Positions 9,076 to 18,552 of a DNA stretch of 64,000 bases are shown here, in pieces; position 1 is the first letter of the stretch, and the number at the start of each line of letters is the position of its first letter. This stretch comes from Candidatus Methanomethylophilaceae archaeon (GTDB taxonomy: Archaea; Thermoplasmatota; Thermoplasmata; Methanomassiliicoccales; Methanomethylophilaceae): positions 608,001-672,000 of the forward strand of contig JBMNHS010000001.1 of assembly GCA_050950505.1 (NCBI GenBank). The letters are read 5' to 3'. A program made the position numbers and the translations under genes. The notes under the pieces are model-generated. The model was not told the DNA's origin and did no database searches. It saw only the letters and a list, made by a program, of their open reading frames with translations.

Positions 9076-9780
9076 TCAGATTCCCCGGGTCACAACCTTT
9101 TTCACGAAAGGCTTTGCCCCGTCATACATTTCCCTGATTGTTTTGACGGGATAAGGCTGAACCTTCCCCGCTTCCGCGGACATGGTCACTCCGGGACGGA
9201 ATTGTTGGATGCAGTAACAATCGGCACCTCTCAGATGTTTCGCTATCTCAATCACATCTTCGACGGACACGGCCGGGGGGTAAACCGTCGTCCGGAATTC
9301 ATGTTCCGCGCCTGACTCTTTGATGATTCGGATACTTTCGGCAATCTTGTCCAAGTCCACCTCGATGCCCGCGGCATTGCTGTATTTTTCTTTGTCGAGA
9401 GCCGTCTTGACGTCCATGGCCACGTAATCAATCATTTTGGCTCCGATCAAATCGTCCAAAATTTCGGGACGGCTTCCATTGGTATCCAATTTCACTCCGA
9501 GACCCAGTTTTTTAATCTCTTTGAGAAATCCGTACAAACCGTTCTGCAAGGTCGGTTCTCCGCCGGATATGACCACGCCGTTGAGGAAATCGCTGTTTTC
9601 CCGAATGTATTCCAATACTTCTTTTTCATCAACGGAATCCGCGTTTCCTTTGACAAGTTCGGGATTGTGACAAAACGGGCATGAGAAATTGCAACCGGGC
9701 GTGAATATCAGACAGGCGACCTTCCCGTCCCAATCGGAAAGTGTCGTCTTTATAAAACCGCCTATTTTCATGTTCGGCAT
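9076..9780 (-). CDS. nrdG: anaerobic ribonucleoside-triphosphate reductase activating protein (radical SAM)
   Basis: GCNFSCPFCHN, SGGEPT, KLDTNG, AMDVK and EFRTT motifs. Confidence 0.88.
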   Translation of the reverse strand: MPNMKIGGFIKTTLSDWDGKVACLIFTPGCNFSCPFCHNPELVKGNADSVDEKEVLEYIRENSDFLNGVVISGGEPTLQNGLYGFLKEIKKLGLGVKLDTNGSRPEILDDLIGAKMIDYVAMDVKTALDKEKYSNAAGIEVDLDKIAESIRIIKESGAEHEFRTTVYPPAVSVEDVIEIAKHLRGADCYCIQQFRPGVTMSAEAGKVQPYPVKTIREMYDGAKPFVKKVVTRGI

Positions 9781-9843
9781 ATGGTTGCATCCGATATTAT
9801 CAGTTTTGCAGTATGATTAATAACAACATCACAATATTCCCGC

Positions 9844-11391
9844 ATGACTAAAATGACTGTCCGTTTCTTCCCTGCCGGGAAAGTTGTGGAGTTGGACGAA
9901 GTTCGCAAAATTTCTCAGGCGGCGGAGTTGGCAGGTGTTAAAATAACGTTGCCCTGCAACGGCAGAGGCCGTTGCGGACGTTGCGGAGTATACATCACAC
10001 AAACACCGGAGGACGGCAGTGAACCGAACCTCACGGGCATGGAGAGAGTGCTGGCATGCAGGCACGACATCACCGGAGACATCGACGTTTTCGTCCCCTT
10101 GGATGAATATGGCCGCATAGTCGCCGGAGAAGATCAAAGAAAAGTCTATGACGGCGAGATAGTGCCCATAGTAAAAGCGAAAGGCAAGACCCAGCTGGGA
10201 CTCGCCGTCGATTTGGGAACCGCCGCAATCGCGGTCAGTATCCTGGATCTCAAAACCGGATTCGAATTGTATTCAACGGTGGGGGACAATCCGCAGTCCT
10301 TCGCGGGTGACGATCTCGAATCCAGAAAAGCATATGCCGATGAGAAAGGCGGAGACATCCTCAGAAAAGCGGCCATAGACAAAATCAATGATCTGATGTA
10401 CACCTTTGTCGGAGACCCGGACAATGTGAAAACCGCGGTTATTTCCGGTAAGCCCTATCTGATGGCGTCTCTGACCGAAGTTTGCAGCATGACCGGAGGT
10501 CCATTCTGCCTCGGCGGTTCCGAACTGGGTCTCGACATGGCCGAAGACGCCCCCACATTCTGTGTGAAAGAACTGTCCGAAGAAGTGGGCGGGGATTTGA
10601 TAGGCGGGATTCTCGCATGCGACATGGACTCCGCGGATGAAACGATTCTTCTGATCGATATCGGTTCAACGGTTCAACTGGCTCTCGGAAACAAAGAATC
10701 AATTCTGGTATGTTCGTCCGAATCCGGACCCGCTTTGGAAGGAGGTAACGTGATTTTTGGAATGACGCCCTCTATCGGAGCCATAGACAGCGTTCAGTTC
10801 AAACGCGGACGCATGAGTTATACCGTGATAGGCGGGACATCCCCGGCCGGAATCTGCGGTTCCGGGCTCATAGATTTGGTATCCGGGCTTTATGCAAGCG
10901 GTTTCATCGACATTGAAGGAAAATTCACCAAGAAAGCGAAAATCTTCGAATCCGAAAATGGAAAGGCCTTCGGAATAACTGACAGGATTTACGTTACCGA
11001 GGCGGACGTCGCCGCGGTCATGAGGGCCAAAGCCGCGGTATGTGCCGGAATCCTGACGTTGCTGAATGAAAGGGAAATGGTCATGGACGACATTTCGCGC
11101 ATAGTCCTGTCCGGAAGTTTCGGAATATTCATCAACGTGGACAACGCAATCGCTTTGGGCATGTTGCCGGAGATGGATCGGGACAGGTTCAACTTCCTGG
11201 GCAATGCTTCGATGACATATGCCAGAAACGCAATGCTTTCCGAAAATATAAGGGACAGGGCAGAAGCGGTCCGCGGCATAATCAATCCGATAAATTTCAG
11301 GGACGGCTCTTACGATGACGAATTCAAACTTGTGTATCCCATACCGGAAGACGGATCCTTCATTTCCAAGCTGAAGAGGAGGCTGCTTTAA
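9844..11391 (+). CDS. ASKHA/2Fe-2S corrinoid reductive activator (RACo/AcsV-like, DUF4445)
   Basis: N-terminal CNGRGRCGRC...LAC; DLGT, GPALEG, GICGSG and AIALGMLP motifs. Confidence 0.8.
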   Translation: MTKMTVRFFPAGKVVELDEVRKISQAAELAGVKITLPCNGRGRCGRCGVYITQTPEDGSEPNLTGMERVLACRHDITGDIDVFVPLDEYGRIVAGEDQRKVYDGEIVPIVKAKGKTQLGLAVDLGTAAIAVSILDLKTGFELYSTVGDNPQSFAGDDLESRKAYADEKGGDILRKAAIDKINDLMYTFVGDPDNVKTAVISGKPYLMASLTEVCSMTGGPFCLGGSELGLDMAEDAPTFCVKELSEEVGGDLIGGILACDMDSADETILLIDIGSTVQLALGNKESILVCSSESGPALEGGNVIFGMTPSIGAIDSVQFKRGRMSYTVIGGTSPAGICGSGLIDLVSGLYASGFIDIEGKFTKKAKIFESENGKAFGITDRIYVTEADVAAVMRAKAAVCAGILTLLNEREMVMDDISRIVLSGSFGIFINVDNAIALGMLPEMDRDRFNFLGNASMTYARNAMLSENIRDRAEAVRGIINPINFRDGSYDDEFKLVYPIPEDGSFISKLKRRLL

Positions 11392-11395
11392 AAAA

Positions 11396-12136
11396 ATGAC
11401 CGTCATAGCGCTGGTCGGCAAAGGCGGAGTGGGCAAAAGTACGATAGCTTCCCAAATCGTGAGACGACTGTCGAAAACCGACACTGTTCTCGCTGTGGAC
11501 GCGGATCCCAATTCCAATCTCTGCGATAAACTGGGTATTGAAGTAAAAGGCTCCATCGGAGAACTCAGGGACGAGATAATCGCGGACCCCGCAAAGGTTC
11601 CCGAGGGGTTGAGCAAACAACAGTATGTGAGCGAAAGAGTGGAACGTGCGATATCCGAAACGGATTCCGTGGATCTTCTTGTCATGGGGAGGCCGGAAGG
11701 CGAAGGATGCTACTGTTTTATTAACACCGCACTGAAAGAAAGTTTTGTCAGACTGATACCCGGTTACGGATACACAGTGGTGGACAACGAAGCGGGGATG
11801 GAGCACATGTCCCGCAAAGTCCTGCCTCATGCGGACGTGTTCATTTTTGTTTCCGATCCGACGGTTACGGGAATCAAAACCGCAGAACGGCTTTCTGACT
11901 TGGCCGATGATGTGGGAATAGTGATGGACAGAAAAATACTGATTCTCAACAACGTTTCGTCAAAACTTTCGGACAAACTGAACCGGGCCGCGAAAGAATC
12001 GGGATTCTCCGAGGTAATGACATTCCCTTATGAAGAATATATTTCCGAATCTGCGATGGAATCCGAAGAACTCGACGTTCCGGAAGACACGGGGTTCGGC
12101 AAAGCCCTCACAGAGCTGTTGAAGGTCATAATTTAA
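11396..12136 (+). CDS. cooC: CooC/AcsF-type nickel-insertion ATPase
   Basis: GKGGVGKS, VDADP, GRPEGEGCYC and DNEAGMEH motifs. Confidence 0.88.
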   Translation: MTVIALVGKGGVGKSTIASQIVRRLSKTDTVLAVDADPNSNLCDKLGIEVKGSIGELRDEIIADPAKVPEGLSKQQYVSERVERAISETDSVDLLVMGRPEGEGCYCFINTALKESFVRLIPGYGYTVVDNEAGMEHMSRKVLPHADVFIFVSDPTVTGIKTAERLSDLADDVGIVMDRKILILNNVSSKLSDKLNRAAKESGFSEVMTFPYEEYISESAMESEELDVPEDTGFGKALTELLKVII

Positions 12137-14171
12137 GTAAATCCATATTTTCAGAAGGATGGTTCCTTTCCGATATCCACGCGATTAGCGATTCGTTGTC
12201 CGTGACTGCGTCTCCGTCCGCTATCTTGCCGTAGAGCTCCGAATCCCCTGAGGATTCACAGGCCTTTTTCAATGAATCCCCAAGCATGGATTTGAGACGG
12301 GAACTCATCCAGGATACCCGTTTCAATCCCCCGTCTCCTTTCAGGAAACCTTCGGACAGGACGTAACGTCTGCCGAGCCCCATATACCCGGGACGTTGGG
12401 AACCTCTTCCGACCATTGCGGATATTTCCGAATATGACATTCCGGACGGATTGTTTCCCATTTCCGAACGGTCAACGAGAATCACGGAACGACGGTCGTC
12501 CGATATCGCAGCCACGACTTCCATGCAACTGCAGGCGGTCATCGGCGAATCTGCGATACTGTGAACGCAGACTCTCGTCACCGAACCCATGGACGTCTTC
12601 GAAACGATATCGTTCACCCCCGACCAAACTCCTTTTTTCGAATCGATGCATTTCCCCTTTGAGAAAGGCCTCTGTCGGCCCTCGGGATCTATTTCGCTTC
12701 CCACTTTGGCATCGACCCATGTGACGGAACCGCAAACGCTGGACCGCTCCGGTGTAATTATGCAGATGTGTCCCGGTGCATAAGTCTGGCATATTGTGCA
12801 GGTGTAGAATTCAGGTACGTCTTCGTCGGTCAATCCGGAGATTTCGGCGTCTCTTGACAAGAAATGTTTTCTCGCTTTTTCCAATCCTATGGAAACAACG
12901 GAAGGTTCGACCGAGAACGTGACATCGACGGAATCCACGGCAGAGCCGAAGTTCTCTTTGATGTCCGATATGATATTGTCTCCCAAATCTGTGAATCCGA
13001 TTCCTTTTTTAACGGCGGAATCACTTACTCGGATCCAACACGTATCTCTCTGTCCGTTATGCCAGACGCCTTCCATACGACTCAAGGCAAAGTGAATCCT
13101 TCGTTCTATGGCCTGTTCCATGACGGATTCGACTCTTCCCGAAACCCTGACTTCCAGCGACAGGGGGTAATCGCCCCTCTCCAATTTTGGAAGATCCTTT
13201 CCGATTACGAAAGTTCTGCCGTCCTCGGTCTGTTCGTTGATTCTGACGATTTCATAGGAAGGCGCCTCATCGTTGCCTCCGAATTCAAAGAAAGCATCGA
13301 CTTTCCGTATACGTTCATTCTCAAAAGAAGAATCTGAACGAATTTTCCCTCCCTTTTTGAAAGTGATTCCCCGTTCGGCCACAGCTCCGGAAACAAGATT
13401 GATTTTTCTGTATCCGGAGAATCTGGGTATTTCAGGGAATACGGAGTTTACGACGGTATATGACCCCACGGCCGCCGCGGAAAATATCGTGAGAACATCC
13501 AAAACGGTCAGCGTACCGGTGTGCACCGTAATCAGTTTAGGTCTCTTTTTGAGATATTTGGCGACAGAAACCCGGTCTCCGGCTTTGACGTTGCCGTACA
13601 TTATCGCGGTTCTGGCCAAAAATCCGTTGACTTCCAGAGATCGGTTTCCGCCGAGTCTGAGAACATCGCAATTAACATCAAAATCGGAATAACCTCCCGC
13701 AAGAACAATAATCAGGCCTCTTTCCGAGCAATACCGAATTTCATCCGCCGAACTGTCATCGGGTTCCCCGATGAACAGAACAATCCCGGGAACGGTGCCG
13801 TCAATAAGATCGGTGCCGTAATCGGCGATAAAAGAATCGGACACCAGTTCTCTGTCATAAATCGACCTGAGAATCTCGTGGGCTATGGACGCCTCGATTC
13901 CCGCTGCAAGCCCTCCTTCCGTTCCTTCGTGAAATTCATCGGAAAATAAATTCCGCAGGTCGGACACTTTCAGCCCCTCAATCCCCGTCCAGGAATAAAC
14001 CGTGGGAATCCCCCGTCCGGTGCTTCCGGATTTCAACACAACGTCTTCAGACAAATCCGATATGCCATTCAATGCTTCTCCGACAAGGTGCTCAAGCCCG
14101 TCATCCAAGGCCTTCCGGACACCGTCCCCGGAATTCACGACTCTGTTCAAAACCATGTCAGCTGAGCTCAT
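12126..14171 (-). CDS. acsB: acetyl-CoA synthase (AcsB/CdhC)-like protein, divergent
   Basis: A-cluster ligands CTICQ..PGHIC..TPER...CG and TACSC; ERRIH and GQRDTCWIR motifs. Confidence 0.82.
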   Translation of the reverse strand: MSSADMVLNRVVNSGDGVRKALDDGLEHLVGEALNGISDLSEDVVLKSGSTGRGIPTVYSWTGIEGLKVSDLRNLFSDEFHEGTEGGLAAGIEASIAHEILRSIYDRELVSDSFIADYGTDLIDGTVPGIVLFIGEPDDSSADEIRYCSERGLIIVLAGGYSDFDVNCDVLRLGGNRSLEVNGFLARTAIMYGNVKAGDRVSVAKYLKKRPKLITVHTGTLTVLDVLTIFSAAAVGSYTVVNSVFPEIPRFSGYRKINLVSGAVAERGITFKKGGKIRSDSSFENERIRKVDAFFEFGGNDEAPSYEIVRINEQTEDGRTFVIGKDLPKLERGDYPLSLEVRVSGRVESVMEQAIERRIHFALSRMEGVWHNGQRDTCWIRVSDSAVKKGIGFTDLGDNIISDIKENFGSAVDSVDVTFSVEPSVVSIGLEKARKHFLSRDAEISGLTDEDVPEFYTCTICQTYAPGHICIITPERSSVCGSVTWVDAKVGSEIDPEGRQRPFSKGKCIDSKKGVWSGVNDIVSKTSMGSVTRVCVHSIADSPMTACSCMEVVAAISDDRRSVILVDRSEMGNNPSGMSYSEISAMVGRGSQRPGYMGLGRRYVLSEGFLKGDGGLKRVSWMSSRLKSMLGDSLKKACESSGDSELYGKIADGDAVTDNESLIAWISERNHPSENMDLLKL

Positions 14172-15066
14172 TTAATTTTTCAAGAGTGAATATACCGTTC
14201 AATTTTTCCAGTTCCTTCGGCAAAACATCCCGGAGTTTCTGAGCGGATGTGTCACTGTGTCCGACATCGGCCACAAGTTCGACCATCATTCTCTGATAAC
14301 ATATTTTCACTTTGCTGAAAACTGAAATCAGGTTGAGATTCTTTCGTGCCAGCAAATCAAAAATCTGTTGAAGCGCACCCGGGTTATCCGGTACTTCAAA
14401 CACAAGGTTGACGAGATGGGTATCGGGTTTGAAGAAAATAATCGACAGCACCCATGATTCTGCGTCGGAAACAAGCATCACGTCACGACCGTTTGCATTT
14501 TTGAGAATGTCTCCGTATCCCGGGGCTATGTCGAAGGTTCCGTCTTCGAAAGTGCAGGGTTCGGCACGTTTGATTTCTTCTTTGGTGTGGTATTCCGGAT
14601 CCGATCTGAACATCCTGCCTATTTCAGCGGGCGTTATCAGGATGTGGTCGATGAAAGAAACCGAGGGATCTTCCGCTGTCTTTCTTTTTTCAAGTTCTTC
14701 CAAAAGCAAATCCGCTTCTCCGGCGAAACTGAGATCGGCCATCAGTTTCCAGATTATGACGGTGTCAGATATACCGTTGAGGGAAACCGAATTCAGAATG
14801 TTTATCTCACGGTCGGACAGAAACTTCGATGCCTGGGCACTTGAGCCGGGGACATCCTTCATGTAAAACGTGATGTACGTCAGCGTATGATAATTCTCCT
14901 GGGGGAACATGGACAGTATTATTTCAAAGTCCTTGGGCCCTCCGCCGGTGTGTTTGAACAATGTACTGTAAACACACCCGCCGTTCATCAAACCCATCGT
15001 ATCGGACAGCCAACGGTCGATTTCGATCTTTGTGTTTTTGACCTTTGTGAATTCCCAGAATTTCAT
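14158..15066 (-). CDS. double ACT-domain protein
   Basis: Two ACT signatures, MKDVPGS...INIL and VPDNPGAL...LNLI. Confidence 0.7.
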   Translation of the reverse strand: MKFWEFTKVKNTKIEIDRWLSDTMGLMNGGCVYSTLFKHTGGGPKDFEIILSMFPQENYHTLTYITFYMKDVPGSSAQASKFLSDREINILNSVSLNGISDTVIIWKLMADLSFAGEADLLLEELEKRKTAEDPSVSFIDHILITPAEIGRMFRSDPEYHTKEEIKRAEPCTFEDGTFDIAPGYGDILKNANGRDVMLVSDAESWVLSIIFFKPDTHLVNLVFEVPDNPGALQQIFDLLARKNLNLISVFSKVKICYQRMMVELVADVGHSDTSAQKLRDVLPKELEKLNGIFTLEKLNELS

Positions 15067-15097
15067 AGGAGACCCTTTGTTTGATTGTAAGCAACAA

Positions 15098-15364
15098 TCA
15101 TATATTTTTCCCGTCAAAGTATTTCACGGACGCAAAGGGACGGGTCCAACAGGGATCGTCGTTGACCGATCCGATGTCCGCAATGATATTCGGAATGCTG
15201 CCCGCATCGTCACGGGACGAAGAGCAATGTTCCAGCGCATCCAGAAGATCCTTCCCGCGGGCGGTCATTCCGGACATGTGCAATGCGTCCTCAATGAGGA
15301 CTGAAGCCTCTTCCAACAATTTGTGCGCTCTCCGAAGCTTCTCTATGGACTCTTTAGCATCCAT
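15098..15364 (-). CDS. hypothetical protein (88 aa)
   Basis: SD AGGAG upstream of ATG; operon context. Confidence 0.6.
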   Translation of the reverse strand: MDAKESIEKLRRAHKLLEEASVLIEDALHMSGMTARGKDLLDALEHCSSSRDDAGSIPNIIADIGSVNDDPCWTRPFASVKYFDGKNI

Positions 15365-15366
15365 AT

Positions 15367-15759
15367 TTATCTCCTTTTGGTGAAGTGGTATCTTCCGGGC
15401 ACAACGGATTCCGGCCCTGTGGTAAACTTGCACAAATCACATCTTCTTCTGACTTCGATTATTCCGCCGTCCAAAGTTCTGTTTTTGACGGAAACCATCT
15501 GATTTCTGCAAACAGGACAGATTTCGGGCAATTCTTTGTCTTTGGCGGTGCTGTACTCTATGTTCACACGGATAATTCCCTTATTGAGACCGATTCTGCG
15601 AATCCTCTCTCCGCTGATTCTGTAATCCTCATCGAGACGGGATAACTGTGTACTGACCAATCCGACCAATTCCCTTTGCGATCGGACCTGCGGATTTTTA
15701 TGCATCACTATCAGTAACGCATCCGCGACGTCATTCTCGCGAGGGATTTTATACGCCAT
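15367..15759 (-). CDS. hypothetical protein with C-terminal Zn-ribbon
   Basis: CPVC...CDLC; SGERIRR motif. Confidence 0.7.
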   Translation of the reverse strand: MAYKIPRENDVADALLIVMHKNPQVRSQRELVGLVSTQLSRLDEDYRISGERIRRIGLNKGIIRVNIEYSTAKDKELPEICPVCRNQMVSVKNRTLDGGIIEVRRRCDLCKFTTGPESVVPGRYHFTKRR

Positions 15760-15844
15760 CAATACTGGGTATGTGGTCTACAACTATATGGTTTAATTGA
15801 AACACTAGGTAGTTTAATTAAGAATAACTGATTACGGAATCCGA

Positions 15845-15930
15845 GCGGGGGTAGCCAAGAGGACAACGGCATAGGACTTAAGATCCTAGACTTTAGGGTT
15901 TCGTGGGTTCGAATCCCATCCCCCGCACCA
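15845..15930 (+). tRNA. tRNA-Leu(TAA) with encoded CCA
   Basis: GCGGGGG...CCCCCGC-A-CCA; anticodon arm TAGGA-CT-TAA-GA-TCCTA; long variable arm. Confidence 0.96.
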
Positions 15931-16125
15931 CCTTTTCTTTTTCGAATTCACCCTGTAAATATTTTTACGGATCCAATCAAATCAAAGCATACCCAACCGG
16001 CTGCGGAGACCATGACTCATTGCGGATTGCAGGCAGAATACTCTTTCGAAGCGCATTCTTCCCGAATTATAAAATACACCGCATTCCAGTATCCTTTTGG
16101 GCTTATGTGCCCGGGGAGTTTCCCA

Positions 16126-16428
16126 ATGACAGAAAAAGCACAGAAAAGAAAAGAGAACAGGAACGAATTCAGAGTGGAGGTGCTTGAGGCATTCGCGGCG
16201 TTGATTACCGCTGCATTCGGACTTGTTGCGGCACTTGCTTGGAACGAGGCAATCAAAACGACTATCGATAACTTCTTCGACAAAAGTCTAGAGGTGACTC
16301 TGGGACAGTTCGGGGCACTGTATTTCTATGCCATAATCGTGACGCTCATCGCCGTTCTGTTCACTATTTGGATAGCCAGAGCCTCCAAGAAGGCAAAGTT
16401 GTTGTTGGTTGATGAAGAAAACGAGTGA
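16126..16428 (+). CDS. DUF5654-like small membrane protein
   Basis: LITAAFGLVAALAWNEAI and YAIIVTLIAV; SD GGGGAG. Confidence 0.8.
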   Translation: MTEKAQKRKENRNEFRVEVLEAFAALITAAFGLVAALAWNEAIKTTIDNFFDKSLEVTLGQFGALYFYAIIVTLIAVLFTIWIARASKKAKLLLVDEENE

Positions 16429-16440
16429 ACGATTTTTCAA

Positions 16441-16485
16441 GGCTCCTCACCGAGCCACAAACCCTTTATTTTCCGTTTTTGTTTA
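16441..16485 (+). terminator. hairpin plus T-rich terminator
   Basis: GGCTC-N6-GAGCC followed by ACAAACCCTTTATTTTCCGTTTTTG. Confidence 0.55.
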
Positions 16486-16593
16486 TTTAAGGGCTTCTGA
16501 TTAACCAATTAGCCAGAAGTGAAATCCAGTTAAATCCGGGAATAGGTTATATTTATATAATATGACTCAGTAGTTTGTCGCGGAGTTATATTC

Positions 16594-17019
16594 TTGGTCA
16601 AAACAGACAAAGGGCCCGGTACGGGAGGTCAAGGTACAAAACCGACCTCAGGTGCCGGCGGAAACAGAAGGACAACAAGTCCCGGCGGAAACAGACCTGC
16701 GAACACAGGCGGTGCCGCCGCACCCAACAACAGAAGAAGGTTCAAGCCCAAAGTCAAAACCACTTCTAAAAAACAGCCCATGCTGAATATGCACAAAATA
16801 AAATCATTCAAATATGATATGAATGCGGTTCTGTCCGAATCCACCATGGACGAAGACAAAGCATCATCGTTTTTGGCAACCATAATCGCAAAAGCTTCTA
16901 GAAATTCGACGAAGGAAGCAAAAATCCATGTCAAAACCTTTTTGGATGAAGGCGATCTGATGAAAAAGGAGCATGATGAGATTATTAAGCTCCTTGATAA
17001 ATACAGCAGATACCGCTGA
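16594..17019 (+). CDS. hypothetical protein with Gly/Arg-rich disordered N-terminus
   Basis: TTG start with SD GGAG; folded C-terminal half (FLATIIAKASR..LLDKYSRYR). Confidence 0.7.
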   Translation: MVKTDKGPGTGGQGTKPTSGAGGNRRTTSPGGNRPANTGGAAAPNNRRRFKPKVKTTSKKQPMLNMHKIKSFKYDMNAVLSESTMDEDKASSFLATIIAKASRNSTKEAKIHVKTFLDEGDLMKKEHDEIIKLLDKYSRYR

Positions 17020-17025
17020 TACCTT

Positions 17026-17472
17026 ATGAAGTATGCAGAGATGCAACCGGGACGTATATTCGTCCTAAGCCTCGAGCCCGGTGAAATAATACGGGAAGAG
17101 GTGGAAAAGTTTTCTAAAATACAAGATATCCGTTATGCCACAGTATCTGTGGTAGGCGGAGTGGATAAAGGGTCAAGATTGATTGTGGGTCCGAAATATC
17201 CCATAGAGGGTTGTATTGAGCCCTTGACCAGTGATTTGGATGCACCATGTGAAGTCACAGGGTTCGGTACGCTGTTTCCCGATGCTTCCGGCAATCCCGT
17301 TCTGCATATGCACGGAACCGCGGGCAGAGACGGCAAATCAGCCACGGGATGTTTCCGTGACGGCGTCATAGCATGGTTCGTCACCGAAGTGGTGATAACC
17401 GAAATGATCGGAAAGGGGCCCGTGAGAAAAATCGTCGGGAATTCCGGTCTGGAAGCGATGACAATCGAGTGA
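17026..17472 (+). CDS. PPC/DUF296 domain protein
   Basis: GRIFVLSLEPGE, LHMH and EVVI motifs. Confidence 0.82.
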   Translation: MKYAEMQPGRIFVLSLEPGEIIREEVEKFSKIQDIRYATVSVVGGVDKGSRLIVGPKYPIEGCIEPLTSDLDAPCEVTGFGTLFPDASGNPVLHMHGTAGRDGKSATGCFRDGVIAWFVTEVVITEMIGKGPVRKIVGNSGLEAMTIE

Positions 17473-17473
17473 T

Positions 17474-17815
17474 TCAACGCCTTACGATTCCGTAACTGTC
17501 CATCCAGTTGTCGAAAACACCGTCGGCATACGTGTTCATATGCACGGCGTCCTCTTTCTCAGGAACAATGAATCCTGCGAGAGGAAATTCATTGTCGCAG
17601 TGAGGGCATCTGATATTTGGACAATTCTGGTTCGCCTGAGGACATGCCATACAGGCGATTGCCCGGGATTGAAACAGACTGAATTCTTTATGGCACACAG
17701 GACAAAGGAACCTGCGGGCCGCCACTTTAAGATCTTTGGTAATTCCCGCGCTCCGTTCTTCCGGTGTGAGATACATCGGACCAAACGGAGACACAGGTGC
17801 TTGATTCGGATTCAT
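17474..17815 (-). CDS. Cys-rich Zn-finger hypothetical protein
   Basis: CPVC, CMAC, C..CPHC; ATGA overlap with the GGGPS stop codon. Confidence 0.72.
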   Translation of the reverse strand: MNPNQAPVSPFGPMYLTPEERSAGITKDLKVAARRFLCPVCHKEFSLFQSRAIACMACPQANQNCPNIRCPHCDNEFPLAGFIVPEKEDAVHMNTYADGVFDNWMDSYGIVRR

Positions 17816-18552
17816 TTTTCTCCTCTGGACGCTTCGACGACTTCCTTCAAACGTCCGATGTCGGAACATTCTTCGATGAAAGTTCCTGTAACTATCGCAT
17901 CGGCGCCCGCTTTTCGGGCGGCTTCGGCAACTTCGGGAGTCCTGATCCCTCCTCCGACAATCAGGGGAATGGATATCGAACTCTTGACTGCGGATATCAT
18001 TTTTGCCGGAACGGGCACGTCGGCACCGCTTCCGGCTTCAAGATAAACGTAATCCATGCCGTACATTTCACAGGCAATCGCGTATCCGACAGCCTTATCG
18101 ACTTCCGAGTGTTTAATCAATTCTGCTTTACCGACCTCGCCCACCTTCATGCCGGGTTCAATAAGCAAATATCCCATCGGAATTGTTTCGATTCCCAATT
18201 TTTTGATATAAGGTGCGGCATAAGCCTGTGCTCCGAAAATCCAAGCGGGATCGGAGCTGTTTACAAGGCTCATAAAAAAAAGGGCGTCGACTTCAGGGGA
18301 AAGTTCATTGGGCCCCCCGGGAAAGTGTATGCTCGGAAGTCCGGACATCTCGCGGATGGCTTTCGCGGTTTCGCCGAGATTTTTGGAAGTGACTCCGGTG
18401 GATCCCCCAATCATGATCGCGTCGGTGCCTGCGTCCTTTGCAAGTGCTGCCAATTTTCCTGCTTCTTCGGGACTTTGTTTATCGGGGTCCAGAAGGGCCA
18501 TGTGAATGGTGCCTTGTCCGATTTTATCCTGAAGATACTGTTTGACATTCAT
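17812..18552 (-). CDS. geranylgeranylglyceryl phosphate synthase (GGGPS)
   Basis: LLDPDK, IGGSTG, YLEAGSGA, VGGGIR and VTGT motifs. Confidence 0.94.
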   Translation of the reverse strand: MNVKQYLQDKIGQGTIHMALLDPDKQSPEEAGKLAALAKDAGTDAIMIGGSTGVTSKNLGETAKAIREMSGLPSIHFPGGPNELSPEVDALFFMSLVNSSDPAWIFGAQAYAAPYIKKLGIETIPMGYLLIEPGMKVGEVGKAELIKHSEVDKAVGYAIACEMYGMDYVYLEAGSGADVPVPAKMISAVKSSISIPLIVGGGIRTPEVAEAARKAGADAIVTGTFIEECSDIGRLKEVVEASRGEK

